A DNA stretch of 64,000 nt from Candidatus Humimicrobiia bacterium (GTDB lineage Bacteria; Actinomycetota; Humimicrobiia; JAHJRV01), in NCBI GenBank assembly GCA_049647085.1, contig JBARXA010000018.1, forward strand, positions 25,677 to 89,676, read 5' to 3'. A program made the position numbers and the translations under genes. The notes under the pieces were generated by a model. It made no database searches. It was not told where the DNA came from and saw only the letters and a list, made by a program, of their open reading frames with translations. This document shows, one piece after another, positions 48,459 to 59,124 of the stretch. The stretch's first letter is position 1. The number at the start of each line of letters is the position of its first letter.

Positions 48459-50857
48459 GCTGAGATATATTTAGCCTTTTCTGTGACTGGTTTTTTCTTT
48501 ATTTTTTTCTCTTTTTCTATTGCTATATCAAAGACCTCATCTACATTATTAACAAATTTTATATCTAAAGCTTTCTTAACAGATTTTGGTATATCTTTCA
48601 GGTCTTTTTTATTTTTTTCTGGTATAATTACCTTCTTTAATCCTGCTCTTTGAGCTGCTAATATTTTAGATTTTAATCCTCCGATTGGAAGAACTCGCCC
48701 TCGCAAAGTTATCTCACCTGTCATTCCAACATCATGTTTTACAGATCTATTTTGAAAAATTGATGCCATAGCTGTAGCCATTGTTATGCCAGCAGAGGGA
48801 CCATCTTTAGGAATTGCTCCAGCTGGTATATGTAGGTGAAGGTCAAAATCTTTGAATTTTTTATTGTCAATTTTTAATTTTTCAGCTCTACTTCGAATAT
48901 AACTTAAGGAGGCTTTTGCAGATTCCTGCATAACATCTCCAAGTTGTCCAGTTAATGTTATTTTCCCATCTCCTGGAAATAGAGTTGCTTCAACCAATAT
49001 TATATCTCCACCATAAGGTGTCCAGGCTAATCCAGTTGCTATTCCAATCATATTTTTTTTCTCTATTTCACTTGGATAGATTTTAGGAACTCCGAGATAT
49101 TTCTCTAAATTTCTTGAAATGACTCTCTTGGGCGGTTCTTCATTAGAAACAATTTCTCTTGCAATCTTTCTACAAATTGTGACTATACTTCTTTCAAGAT
49201 TTCTAACACCAGCTTCAGCGGTATATTTCTCAATAATTTCATAGATTGCATTATCTGAAAATTTAACCTTATATTTTTCTATTCCTTGTTCTTTTAACTG
49301 TTTAGGTACTAAAAATATTTGGGCAATATGAAGTTTCTCTTCTCTACTATATCCTGGAAGATTTAGTGTCTCCATTCTATCTTTTAAAGCTGGTGGGATA
49401 GTATCTAAAATATTTCCCGTTGTAATAAACAAAACATTAGATAGATCATAAGGAACTTCTAAGTAATGATCTCTAAATTGATTATTTTGTTCAGGGTCTA
49501 AAACTTCAAGTAGTGCTGATGATGGATCTCCTCTAAAATCTGCTCCTATTTTATCTATTTCATCAAGCATAAAAACTGGATTTATTGTTCCTACTTGAGC
49601 CATTCCTGAAATTATCCTTCCTGGCATTGCTCCGACATAAGTTCTTCTGTGTCCTCTTATTTCAGCTTCATCTCTTATTCCACCTAACGACATTCTAATA
49701 AATTTTCTATTTAATGCCCTGGCTATAGATTGGCCTAATGAGGTCTTTCCAGTTCCTGGAGGTCCTATAAAGCAAAGAATTGTTCCTCTGGCTTTCCCTT
49801 TAAGTTTTTTAACAGCTAAGTAATCTAATATGTGTTCTTTAACCTTATCTAAATCATAATGATCTTCATCAAGAATTTTCTTAGCATCTGGAATATCCAA
49901 TTTATCCCTTGTTTTTTTACTCCATGGAATATCTAACATCCAGTCTAAATATGTTCTTATATATGAATATTCAGGTGATGCTGGAGGTATGGTTTTAAGT
50001 CTTTTTATCTCCTTTAGAGCTTTCTTCTCAGCATTTTTTGGCATCTTTGCTTTTTTAATTTTTGTGTTTAATTCTTTTAATTCTGCTGTTAATTCATCTT
50101 CTTCTCCTAACTCTTCTTGTATTGCTTTTAATTGCTGGCGAAGGAAGTAATCTCTTTGGGTCTTACCCATTTCTTTTTGAACTTTACTAATGATTTTACT
50201 TTGAACTTGAAATTTTTTTACCTCTTTATCTAAATAAATACTTAATTTTCCCAATCTTTCTTTTAAATCAAGTGTTTCTAAAATAACCTGCTTTTCTTTT
50301 TCTGAAGGTAACATATAGGCTGCAAGCATATCTGTTAATTTATCTAAATCACTAATAGTTATCATTCCAGGTATTGTTAGATGAGCAGGAAATGGTACTC
50401 CTAATCCAATTATCTGCTCTACTTGAGCCATTATTAAGGTTTTTAATTCATCGATTTCTTTATCTTCTATTGGGAATATTTTAGACTTCATTCTTTCTAC
50501 TTTTGCTAAGATGAATGGTCTTTCCTGAATAAAGTCTATCATTTTTATTCTACAGATTGCATCTACATTGCATCTAATACTTCCATCTGGTTGTTTCTGT
50601 GTACTTCTGATTTCTGCAGCAGTTCCTATTGTGTATAAATCAGAGGAATTAACACTTCTTTTGTCCTTATCTTTTTGTGTGAGGAGTGCAACAATTTTAT
50701 CTTTTTTGAGTGCAAATTCTAATGCTTTAATTGATTTTTTTCTCCCTACCAATATAGGAATTGAAACATGAGGGAAAACAACGGATTGTACCATTGCTAC
50801 TACGGGCAAGAATTTTGGAATTTCAAAAATTCCTGGATTATCAAAATGATCTCTCAT
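48455..50857 (-). CDS. lon: ATP-dependent Lon protease
   Basis: Lon N-domain, AAA+ [18 protein letters not shown], and the protease domain with the catalytic Ser in [14 protein letters not shown] are present. Confidence 0.9.
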   Translation of the reverse strand: MRDHFDNPGIFEIPKFLPVVAMVQSVVFPHVSIPILVGRKKSIKALEFALKKDKIVALLTQKDKDKRSVNSSDLYTIGTAAEIRSTQKQPDGSIRCNVDAICRIKMIDFIQERPFILAKVERMKSKIFPIEDKEIDELKTLIMAQVEQIIGLGVPFPAHLTIPGMITISDLDKLTDMLAAYMLPSEKEKQVILETLDLKERLGKLSIYLDKEVKKFQVQSKIISKVQKEMGKTQRDYFLRQQLKAIQEELGEEDELTAELKELNTKIKKAKMPKNAEKKALKEIKRLKTIPPASPEYSYIRTYLDWMLDIPWSKKTRDKLDIPDAKKILDEDHYDLDKVKEHILDYLAVKKLKGKARGTILCFIGPPGTGKTSLGQSIARALNRKFIRMSLGGIRDEAEIRGHRRTYVGAMPGRIISGMAQVGTINPVFMLDEIDKIGADFRGDPSSALLEVLDPEQNNQFRDHYLEVPYDLSNVLFITTGNILDTIPPALKDRMETLNLPGYSREEKLHIAQIFLVPKQLKEQGIEKYKVKFSDNAIYEIIEKYTAEAGVRNLERSIVTICRKIAREIVSNEEPPKRVISRNLEKYLGVPKIYPSEIEKKNMIGIATGLAWTPYGGDIILVEATLFPGDGKITLTGQLGDVMQESAKASLSYIRSRAEKLKIDNKKFKDFDLHLHIPAGAIPKDGPSAGITMATAMASIFQNRSVKHDVGMTGEITLRGRVLPIGGLKSKILAAQRAGLKKVIIPEKNKKDLKDIPKSVKKALDIKFVNNVDEVFDIAIEKEKKIKKKPVTEKAKYISA

Positions 50858-51024
50858 TACTTATATCCTTCCTTTATTATTTAGTCTTTTCACTATTATT
50901 TTAGCAAAAATTTGAAATAATTGCATATTTTTTTTAAATAATTAATAAAAAACAGTAAAAATCAATGAAAAATAATAAATAATATAGGTAAAAAATCAGA
51001 AAATCAATTAATAAAAAATGAAAT

Positions 51025-51103
51025 TGGTGGAGCATACGGGAATCGAACCCGTGTTTCAGGCGTGAGAGGCCTGTGTCCTTGACCCCTAGACGAATGCTCC
51101 ACC
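51025..51103 (-). tRNA. tRNA-Glu (anticodon CTC), CCA encoded
   Basis: The reverse complement GGTGGAGCATTCGTCTAGGGGTCAAGGACACAGGCCTCTCACGCCTGAAACACGGGTTCGATTCCCGTATGCTCCACCA has the typical tRNA-Glu D-loop and anticodon loop CT-CTC-AC. Confidence 0.8.
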
Positions 51104-51255
51104 TATTATAATAAATAAAATATTAATTTTTTTAAACAAAGAGTTTTTCAGCTGCTCTTTCAAGCATTTTTGTTCCTCTAGGTTTCTTTAATTATTTAAA
51201 AAAATTTCTATCTATATTATTAACTATTTTTAAAGAAAATTATATATTTCTTTCT

Positions 51256-51975
51256 TCAAATTCCATAGTTTTTAAAAAAGCTTTCTTGTTCTAATTTCAT
51301 GTCTCTTATTTTATTTGCATATTTTTTTACTTCTCTATCTGCAATTTTAGTTGGTTCAGGGATTCTGGTAATGGACATACCTAAAACTAATTTTATAGAA
51401 GTATCTAAACTCACTCGATGACCTATTGAAACAAATACTGGAGAAATATTATCTTTGGTTCTTAATACCACTCCAATTATTTCACCCTTATCATATAGAT
51501 ATGAGTATGAGCCCTTCTTTTTTTCAGGCATATTAAAGTCACCTATTAGTCTACTTTTTGCACACCCTATTGTTGGTATATCCAATAATACTCCAACATG
51601 ACATGCAAGTCCCATTCTTCTGGGATGAGCATATCCCTGTCCATCTAAAATCAATAAATCTGGTAAATTTTCTAACTTTTCAAAGCAGGAAAGAACAACT
51701 GGCACTTCTCTAAAAGCTAAAAGGGTTGGAATATATGGAAAATTTATTGGTTCAGAACTATTTATGACATCTATAATTCTCATATCAGGATAACTAAAAA
51801 TTACTAATGAAGCACAACTCAGGTTTTTTTCTTTTACGAATCCAACATCTACACCTGCAATTGTTTTTAGAGAATCAAAATCATCAAAAGTTTTTATTTT
51901 ATCTCTAAGTTTATGCTGGATTGATATTGCTTGCTTTGGAGTTACATTCCATGCATGAACCTTTATTATTTTCAC
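51256..51975 (-). CDS. nfi: endonuclease V (deoxyinosine 3' endonuclease)
   Basis: AGVDVGFVKEK...PYIPTLLAFREVP...LDGQGYAHPRRMGLACHVGV...IGCAKSRL are present. Confidence 0.8.
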   Translation of the reverse strand: MKIIKVHAWNVTPKQAISIQHKLRDKIKTFDDFDSLKTIAGVDVGFVKEKNLSCASLVIFSYPDMRIIDVINSSEPINFPYIPTLLAFREVPVVLSCFEKLENLPDLLILDGQGYAHPRRMGLACHVGVLLDIPTIGCAKSRLIGDFNMPEKKKGSYSYLYDKGEIIGVVLRTKDNISPVFVSIGHRVSLDTSIKLVLGMSITRIPEPTKIADREVKKYANKIRDMKLEQESFFKNYGI

Positions 51976-51979
51976 AATA

Positions 51980-54900
51980 TTACTCCATTAAGGGTCTCTC
52001 AGTTAATCCTTTTTCAACCATAAATCGAGGAAGTATTGTAGCTTTTTCATGCACTAAAACTTTTTCCCCTAATTTCAATTGAATTTTAGGTTTTTCTTCC
52101 TCAAATTTTAATCTATTTACTTGCTCCTCTTTTTCTAATTCTTTGCCATGTGGTAATGCAAAAATACCTATTTCTGTTCCTTCTTGAGTGAACTTTTTAT
52201 CAACCAAAGCGAGACCTATCTGGTATCCTTCAGCATTTGGTGCACAACTTGTAACATTTCCTATATATTGACCAATTATACTAACAACTACATCACCATT
52301 TTTAACTCTTTTAATACCCTTTCGATTCATTTTAAATCTAATCATATCCATCTTTCTTGATTTTTCTCTCTCCAAAAGTTTTTCCCTTCCTATGAAGAAA
52401 GGTTTATGAAATTTAATATATGGACCAAATCCTGCTTCAATGGGAGAGATGTTATATCTTCCAGCTAAGTCATTTCCAAAAAGGGGTAACCCAGCCTCTA
52501 TCCTTGTTGAATCTCTAGTTGCCAAACCACAAGGTTTTATTCCAAATTGCTTCCCTTTTTCTAACAGAAGATTCCATAGTCTTGCTGCGTCATCTGGATG
52601 TATATATAATTCATATCCAATATCTTCTCCTGTATAACCTGTTCGAGATATGAGCATTTCAATTCCAGCAAGATTTGTTTCAATAAATTCTGCTCTCTTT
52701 ATTCTTTTAAGTTCTCTCTTTTTTTCTTCATCTGTTGTAAGGCTTTTCAATAATTCTAATGAATTTGGACCTTGCAAAGCTATATCTATTTTCTGATCAT
52801 TTCCAGATGATTCATCTTTTAGATTTCTTATTATTACTGAGTTTTCAATCTCTTTTAAAGTATTATCTCTATCAATAATATATTTTTTAGAGTTAACGGC
52901 TTTTAACCACTTAAAATCTTTATCTTCATTTACAGCATTAGCTATCAGCATATATTTATCCTTTTTTCTGCGATAGATTATTACATCATCAATGATTTTT
53001 CCATCTAAATCTAAGAGATAAGTGTATTGTGACTGTCCATCTGAAATCCATTTAATATAATTTGATGTCACTATGTCTAAGAAGTTTATACAATTCTCAC
53101 CAGAAACTTCTATTACACTCATATGTCCAACATCAAATAAACCTACTGTCTCTCTTACTGCTCTATGTTCTTCAGATATACTTGTGTACCAAACTGGCAT
53201 CTCATAACCTGCAAAATTTATGATTTTATTGGTCAATTTTCTATGTTCCTCATAAAGTGGTGTTCTCTTTGGATTTTCCTTCTGTCTTTTTAAAATTTCT
53301 TCTTCAACTGATTTCAAGGGGAACTCTTTTTTATTTAGAACTGTATTTTTCTTGGTTTTTTCGCTATTAGCTTTCACTTTATTAAATTCTCTTTCAGAAA
53401 TAAAATATGATTGCTCATCCTTGAAGCTTTTTTCATCAAGAAGCTTACCGTGAAAGTATTTTTTAAATTTATTTTGACCAACAAAATACAATTGTTTTAA
53501 TACAAATAAATTTTTCAAATCATATAAACTATTTTTTAAACTAATTTCATATAAACTAACTCCATCAATTTTTTTCTTCTTTTTATCATTTCTTGAAAGA
53601 TCTTCATATATTGGAAAACCATTATCTTGTCTTAATTTTTCTCTTACCTTAAATCCTGCTGGAACTATATTAAATTCTTTCCCCTTTTCTAATAATAGAT
53701 TCCATAACTTAACTGCATAATTTGGATTTGTATAAAAATCATAATGCAGTTCTTCTTCAAAGTCTTCTTTATTATTATCTTCAATGTGATCATTGCCATC
53801 ACAATCATCATTAGCTTTATTATTATCACTACTGCTATTACTAGTAGTTTTGTATCCGTTCCTTGAGATTAAGCATTCAATTCCATCAATTATATATTTA
53901 ACAAATTGAAATTTTTTAATCTCAGCAAGCTTTTGGTTAATGCTTTTTATTACATCTTTTGAGTTAGGTCCATGAAGAGAAATTGCAACCATTTTCAAAT
54001 TCTCGTCTTCAATCTCCTTTAAATCATCAACCTTGACTGGTCCTTCCACTTTCTTGAATATCTCATCATCAAAAAGTATATAACCATCCGATATATTTCT
54101 CAGCCAGGTTTTTACGTAATCTGTATTAGATGGATTTGTCATAAGAATGTAGGTGTGTCTATCAAATTTATCTGGTTCAAGTTGATGGATTAAAACATCA
54201 TCAATTACCACTGCCTCTTTATCTAATAAAAAACTCCTTTGACTATAGCCTGGTTTTAATTTTGATATATCATTAGTAGTAATTTGCTGAAGAAAAGGTT
54301 TTGCTCTCTCACCAATAACTTTAATAAGACCATAATCGGACATATCTACCAGGACTGCTGAATTTTTTGAAGCCAAAATCTCATTTTTAATATCATTGTA
54401 TTTTGAAGGAATTAACCAACCATTTTTTTCCTCCAATTTTGCACCTAATTTCTTATGTTCATCTAATAGTGCAGTTTTTTTAACATTAGAATTTTCATTT
54501 AAAAACCAATAATGAGGATAACCGGATTTTTCAAATTCTTCAGTTTCAATTTCGCTTACTAACTTTGCAACATCTTTTTTTATCTCTTCAAATTTTGATA
54601 AATCCATCTTACCTCTCGGAAGTTGTCCTAACATTCCAATATAGAAATATGGATGTATATTTGTTAATATTCTATAAATAAATAAGGCAAGTCTTTTTAT
54701 TTGCTCCCTTGTTATTCCTCGCTGTGTTATCCATGGAGTACCTATTCTGATTCCACTGGCATCAGCTGCTGTTAAGTCCCCTGGTATGGTGTTTTTATTA
54801 GTGACAATTCCACATAAATCTAATATTCTTGCTGCTACTTCACCTTTTAAAGGAAGTCCTGTATAAGTTTTAATAGCATTTAAATCAATAACCACAAGAT

Positions 54901-56002
54901 GGGTATCTGTTCCATTATAAGAAAGCTTAAGTCCTAATTTTTGTAATTCATCAGCAAGTGTCTTTGCGTTTTCAGCAATTCTTTCCTGGAGTTTTTTAAA
55001 TTCTGGTGTTTGAGCTATTTCAAAAGCTACTGATATAGCAGCAAATTTGTTTGCATGTGGACCACCCTGTTCACCTGGAAAAACAGTTGTATCTATAATA
55101 TTAGCTTTATCTTCATCTGTTGTAAGAATAACTGCACCTCTAGGACCACATATAGTCTTATGGGTAGTGAAAGTTATAACATCTGCATAGCCAATAGGGC
55201 TTGGATATACACCAGCAATAGCTAATCCTGCACAATGTGCTATATCTGCAAATAGTATTGCTTTTCCAGGAACTGCATCTGCTATCTCCCTGAACTTCTT
55301 CCAATCTGGAGCCCAGGGATAAGAAGAGTATCCCGCAATTATCATTTTAGGCTTATATTCTATTGCTAATTTTTTTATCTCATCATAGTCTAATTTCTCA
55401 GTTACTCTGTTTACTTTATAGGAGATAATATTATATCTTTTACCTGATATGTTGAATTCAGAACCATGAGTTAGGTGCCCACCTTCAGGAAGCGCCATTC
55501 CCATTACTATGTCACTAGGTTCCACAAAAGCTTCATATACAGAATTGTTCGCAATGGATCCAGAAAGGGGCTGTATATTTACAAATATCTGATCAGCACT
55601 AATTTTTATCTCACTATTTTCTTTATCATTTGTAGCAAAACATTTAGCTATTCTTCTTTGAGCTAAACTCTCTAAAACATCTATATATTCAATTCCTTTG
55701 TAAAATCTCCTATCCGCATATCTTCGATAGTATGATAACTGATGACTTATATCATTTAACAGTTCTATTTTATCTCTAGTCATCTTAACTGAGGGATATC
55801 CTTCGCAATATACATTGTTAAATTGCGAACCTAATGCCTTAAGAACCGAAGATGGAGCAAAACTTTCTGAAGGAATTAGTATGATTTTTCTTTGTTGTCT
55901 TTCTTTTTCAAACTTAATTAGCTTAGAAATATAAGGATCAATCTCAGATAAATCCTTATATAAAATTGACTCAATATATTTTTTTTCTTCATTATCTGTC
56001 AT
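51980..56002 (-). CDS. giant fusion protein: serine hydroxymethyltransferase + degenerate aminomethyltransferase (GcvT-like) module + complete aminomethyltransferase (GcvT) module
   Basis: Residues ~35-470 are SHMT (LIPSESFAPSSVLKALGSQFNNVYCEGYP; PEGGHLTHG; PLP-Lys in TFTTHKTICGPRGAVIL). Residues ~510-800 are a GcvT-like N/central domain (LLDEHKKLGAKLEEKNGW...VLVDMSDYGLIKV...TGEAGYE-equivalent region). It has a Ser/Asn/Asp-rich insertion and no C-terminal barrel. A K-rich linker (~801-912) follows. Residues ~913-1287 are a complete GcvT (TPLYEEHRKL...FAGYEMPV.Y...GLFDVGHMS...RTGYTGEDIGYE...KPCGLATRDSTRIEAGLPLFGNDL... plus the GCV_T_C barrel). A 50-aa C-terminal tail ends the protein. Confidence 0.8.
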   Translation of the reverse strand: MTDNEEKKYIESILYKDLSEIDPYISKLIKFEKERQQRKIILIPSESFAPSSVLKALGSQFNNVYCEGYPSVKMTRDKIELLNDISHQLSYYRRYADRRFYKGIEYIDVLESLAQRRIAKCFATNDKENSEIKISADQIFVNIQPLSGSIANNSVYEAFVEPSDIVMGMALPEGGHLTHGSEFNISGKRYNIISYKVNRVTEKLDYDEIKKLAIEYKPKMIIAGYSSYPWAPDWKKFREIADAVPGKAILFADIAHCAGLAIAGVYPSPIGYADVITFTTHKTICGPRGAVILTTDEDKANIIDTTVFPGEQGGPHANKFAAISVAFEIAQTPEFKKLQERIAENAKTLADELQKLGLKLSYNGTDTHLVVIDLNAIKTYTGLPLKGEVAARILDLCGIVTNKNTIPGDLTAADASGIRIGTPWITQRGITREQIKRLALFIYRILTNIHPYFYIGMLGQLPRGKMDLSKFEEIKKDVAKLVSEIETEEFEKSGYPHYWFLNENSNVKKTALLDEHKKLGAKLEEKNGWLIPSKYNDIKNEILASKNSAVLVDMSDYGLIKVIGERAKPFLQQITTNDISKLKPGYSQRSFLLDKEAVVIDDVLIHQLEPDKFDRHTYILMTNPSNTDYVKTWLRNISDGYILFDDEIFKKVEGPVKVDDLKEIEDENLKMVAISLHGPNSKDVIKSINQKLAEIKKFQFVKYIIDGIECLISRNGYKTTSNSSSDNNKANDDCDGNDHIEDNNKEDFEEELHYDFYTNPNYAVKLWNLLLEKGKEFNIVPAGFKVREKLRQDNGFPIYEDLSRNDKKKKKIDGVSLYEISLKNSLYDLKNLFVLKQLYFVGQNKFKKYFHGKLLDEKSFKDEQSYFISEREFNKVKANSEKTKKNTVLNKKEFPLKSVEEEILKRQKENPKRTPLYEEHRKLTNKIINFAGYEMPVWYTSISEEHRAVRETVGLFDVGHMSVIEVSGENCINFLDIVTSNYIKWISDGQSQYTYLLDLDGKIIDDVIIYRRKKDKYMLIANAVNEDKDFKWLKAVNSKKYIIDRDNTLKEIENSVIIRNLKDESSGNDQKIDIALQGPNSLELLKSLTTDEEKKRELKRIKRAEFIETNLAGIEMLISRTGYTGEDIGYELYIHPDDAARLWNLLLEKGKQFGIKPCGLATRDSTRIEAGLPLFGNDLAGRYNISPIEAGFGPYIKFHKPFFIGREKLLEREKSRKMDMIRFKMNRKGIKRVKNGDVVVSIIGQYIGNVTSCAPNAEGYQIGLALVDKKFTQEGTEIGIFALPHGKELEKEEQVNRLKFEEEKPKIQLKLGEKVLVHEKATILPRFMVEKGLTERPLME

Positions 56003-56164
56003 GTATAAACTCCTATATTAATGTAAGAAATTTATAAAAATGTAGATTATATAAAAAATTTTATACCTATTTTATCAGTTACATTAATTTAATTTTTTTT
56101 ATTTTCTATTATATTTACTGTTCACCATAGTGAACATATGCTAAATATATATAAATCATTTTCC

Positions 56165-57343
56165 TTATTTTTTATTGTTTTTACATGCCAAGGCTGATTC
56201 AACTAAAGCATATAATCCTCCTGAAACCAAGGAATGACCTCCAAGAACTATTGGTATTGAAGCATTAATTGCTTCGTAAGTAAACTCTCTTAGAAAAGTT
56301 TCAGATATTTTTTCAGGTTTTAGAAGGTCAGAGTAGAAGCGATCATTAGCTGATGGCCACATCTTGAAATGGGAAAGTATTACTCGGCTGTCTATAAAAG
56401 CTGCATCTGCAATTTGATCTATAATTTCAAAGAATTTTTTAACCCCAAATTCTTGCAAGTAAAATCCTAACAAAGAGCGAACTTCTTCTCTTTTTTGACG
56501 ACCACTAGCTCTCATTCCTCTCTCTTCAGCAAATAACCTAACTCTGCAAGCAGTATTATTCTCTAAATATGACCAAACATCTGAATTTGTTCTTCCAGCA
56601 ATAAGGACATTTGAATTTTCTATAGTAAAATATTTTAATGCCTTTTCTAATCTTGTTGTATTGATATCAAGACTTTCTATATAGTTTTTAATATTTTTAC
56701 TGAGTGCTGGGTGATTTTTAATAGTTAAAAGATCGATAGGAGTGTCAATGTCAAGTTGCGTTGCTGCATTTCTAGGAAGGGATATATCCTTAAAATTGCA
56801 ATTATTTTTTAAAATCCATGCAATCTCATTATCATTATTGAAAGGTTCAATTGAATTAACAATGTTTGCTGGTGAAAAAGCTATAAAGTCAGTTGAATAA
56901 AGGTTATTTGTTATAAGGATCTTTTCTTTATCTGATATCCTATCTTTATTTAATTTATTTACTATTTTATCTTTATCTAATACTGTTTTTATAATGTTTT
57001 TTAAATCCTCTATTTTTAGGAGAACGCCACTTCCTCCACCCATATAAAACAACTTTTCTATTTTGTATTTATTTATAAGTTCTTTAAGTTTTTTACCAAA
57101 ATGAAATTTTTTTTGAGGTTTATCAGGTTCTATAATTATGGATTTCCCTTTTAATTCATTTATTAAAACTTCTGAATTAGTTGATAATACAATTTTATCT
57201 ATAGTTTTTTCTTTTTCTTTAATTTCTAAAAACTTCTCAATTGTATCTTTTGTAGACAATTCAATTGCTCTTGATACCATCTTAACTGGTTCACTTTTAT
57301 TCTTTTTTCCAGCCATAATTAAAATATCTACTTTTGGATCCAT
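56165..57343 (-). CDS. hypothetical protein, possible N-terminal nucleotidyltransferase-like fold
   Basis: This 392-aa protein has no confident family assignment from motifs. It is co-oriented with and immediately upstream of the SHMT-GcvT fusion. Confidence 0.4.
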   Translation of the reverse strand: MDPKVDILIMAGKKNKSEPVKMVSRAIELSTKDTIEKFLEIKEKEKTIDKIVLSTNSEVLINELKGKSIIIEPDKPQKKFHFGKKLKELINKYKIEKLFYMGGGSGVLLKIEDLKNIIKTVLDKDKIVNKLNKDRISDKEKILITNNLYSTDFIAFSPANIVNSIEPFNNDNEIAWILKNNCNFKDISLPRNAATQLDIDTPIDLLTIKNHPALSKNIKNYIESLDINTTRLEKALKYFTIENSNVLIAGRTNSDVWSYLENNTACRVRLFAEERGMRASGRQKREEVRSLLGFYLQEFGVKKFFEIIDQIADAAFIDSRVILSHFKMWPSANDRFYSDLLKPEKISETFLREFTYEAINASIPIVLGGHSLVSGGLYALVESALACKNNKK

Positions 57344-57569
57344 TATTTTTTGTTTTTAAATGTGTTATTTTTATTTTTTGAAGTTTATTATTAGAATAAT
57401 TATATAAATATTAGTTTTAAATATCTAAATAAAATGTATTATTTTAATTTTAACAGTTTGAATTAAATCTGATAGTATTATAACTTAAAAAAGTGAATTT
57501 CTTTTTTATTCATATTTAGTTTTATATAACTTTTTTAATATTTCTTTTTTAAATTGTTAGGATTACTAT

Positions 57570-58028
57570 ATGAGAGCTTTAATTCAGAGGGTAAAGGAAG
57601 CTTCTGTTGAAGTAAAAGACGAAATTGTAGGAGAAATCGGTAAAGGTTTGGTTATTTTATTGGGGGTTGGGGAAAAGGATACTGAAAAGGATATAAAGTA
57701 TTTAGCTAATAAGATTACCAATCTTAGAATTTTTGAAGATGAAAAGGGAAAGTTTAACCTTAGTTTATTGGATATAGAGGGTGAAGCATTAGTAGTATCG
57801 CAATTTACATTGTATGCTGATGTGAGAAAGGGGAGAAGACCCAGTTTTACAAAAGCAGCATCACCGCAAGAAGCAGATGCTCTTATTGAAATGTTTATAG
57901 ATGAATTAGAAAGTCATGGTATAAAAACATCAAAAGGGGTATTTGGAGCTAAAATGCTTGTAAAAATTTTTAATGATGGTCCAGTAACAATATTTTTAGA
58001 CAGTTCTGAAAAAATTAGAGAAACGTAA
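57570..58028 (+). CDS. dtd: D-aminoacyl-tRNA deacylase
   Basis: [10 protein letters not shown] and [15 protein letters not shown] are present. It has the typical 150-aa length. Confidence 0.85.
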   Translation: MRALIQRVKEASVEVKDEIVGEIGKGLVILLGVGEKDTEKDIKYLANKITNLRIFEDEKGKFNLSLLDIEGEALVVSQFTLYADVRKGRRPSFTKAASPQEADALIEMFIDELESHGIKTSKGVFGAKMLVKIFNDGPVTIFLDSSEKIRET

Positions 58029-58125
58029 TGCAGTAGAGAAAAAAATGAGCAAGATTTAAAAATTACAGGAGCTTTTAATACAGTGGTGAGAAATAGATTT
58101 TTAGAACATGTTCTATATTTTATGG

Positions 58126-59124
58126 CTACGCTTTGGTAGCTAATTGACCACAAGCAGCTTCAATATCTCGACCAAAGCGATATCTCTGAGTTACTGTTAT
58201 TCCCTCTTTTTCCAAAATTTCTTTAAACTTTCTAATTCTTTCAGGTGGAGAAGGTTGAAAAACCCCAGTGGGATTGTAAGAAATTAAATTCAAAAAAGAG
58301 AGAGGTATCTTTTTTACTAATTTAGCTAATTTAAGAGCGCACTCATCAGAATCATTCAAATCCTTTATCATTATATACTCAAACATCACTCTTCTATTGG
58401 TTTTTTTAATATAATCTTTGACTGCTCTTAAGACCTTCTCCAAGGGATATTTTTTATTTATTGGTATGATTTTTGTGCGCAATTTATCATCTGGTGCATG
58501 AAGGGAAATGGCTAAATTTATCTGTAATCTTTCTTCACTTAATTTTTGGATTTCTTCTACAATGCCCACGGTGGAAATAGAAAAATGCCTGGCTCCCAAA
58601 TTAAACCCTTCTTTATCATTTAAAATTTTTATGGCTTCCATTACATTTTCATAATTTAAAAAGGGCTCTCCCATGCCCATAAATACAACATTGGAAACCT
58701 TTGCTTTCAATTTCTTTAAATAGCGAGCAAAAAATAAAACCTGCTCTACAATTTCAAGAACACTTAAGTTTCTCTTAAATCCCATCTTACCTGTGGTACA
58801 GAAAGTGCAATTTAAAGGACAGCCGACCTGAGAAGAAACGCAAACTGTATTTCTTCCATCTTTGTGTCGCATCAAAACGCTTTCAATTTTTAAACCGTCT
58901 TTTAAGGTAATTAAGACCTTTACCACTCTTTTATCTTTGGAAGTTGAGGTTTGAGCTTGGATATCGAGAGGACACTCTTCATTCAGTTTTTTTCGTAAAG
59001 ATAAGGGTAAAGTGGAGGCTTTGAACCAGTCTTCAATTAAGTCGCAGAATATTGCTTTTTTTGCTTGTTCTAATCTATATTGGGGTTCTTTCTCTAAAAC
59101 TTTCTTCATATTAGTTAAATCCAT
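58126..59124 (-). CDS. rlmN: 23S rRNA (adenine2503-C2)-methyltransferase, radical SAM (RlmN/Cfr family)
   Basis: VCVSSQVGCPLNCTFCTTGKMGFKRNLS (CxxxCxxC) and MGMGEPFLN are present. Cys for methyl transfer is near the C-terminus. Confidence 0.85.
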   Translation of the reverse strand: MDLTNMKKVLEKEPQYRLEQAKKAIFCDLIEDWFKASTLPLSLRKKLNEECPLDIQAQTSTSKDKRVVKVLITLKDGLKIESVLMRHKDGRNTVCVSSQVGCPLNCTFCTTGKMGFKRNLSVLEIVEQVLFFARYLKKLKAKVSNVVFMGMGEPFLNYENVMEAIKILNDKEGFNLGARHFSISTVGIVEEIQKLSEERLQINLAISLHAPDDKLRTKIIPINKKYPLEKVLRAVKDYIKKTNRRVMFEYIMIKDLNDSDECALKLAKLVKKIPLSFLNLISYNPTGVFQPSPPERIRKFKEILEKEGITVTQRYRFGRDIEAACGQLATKA

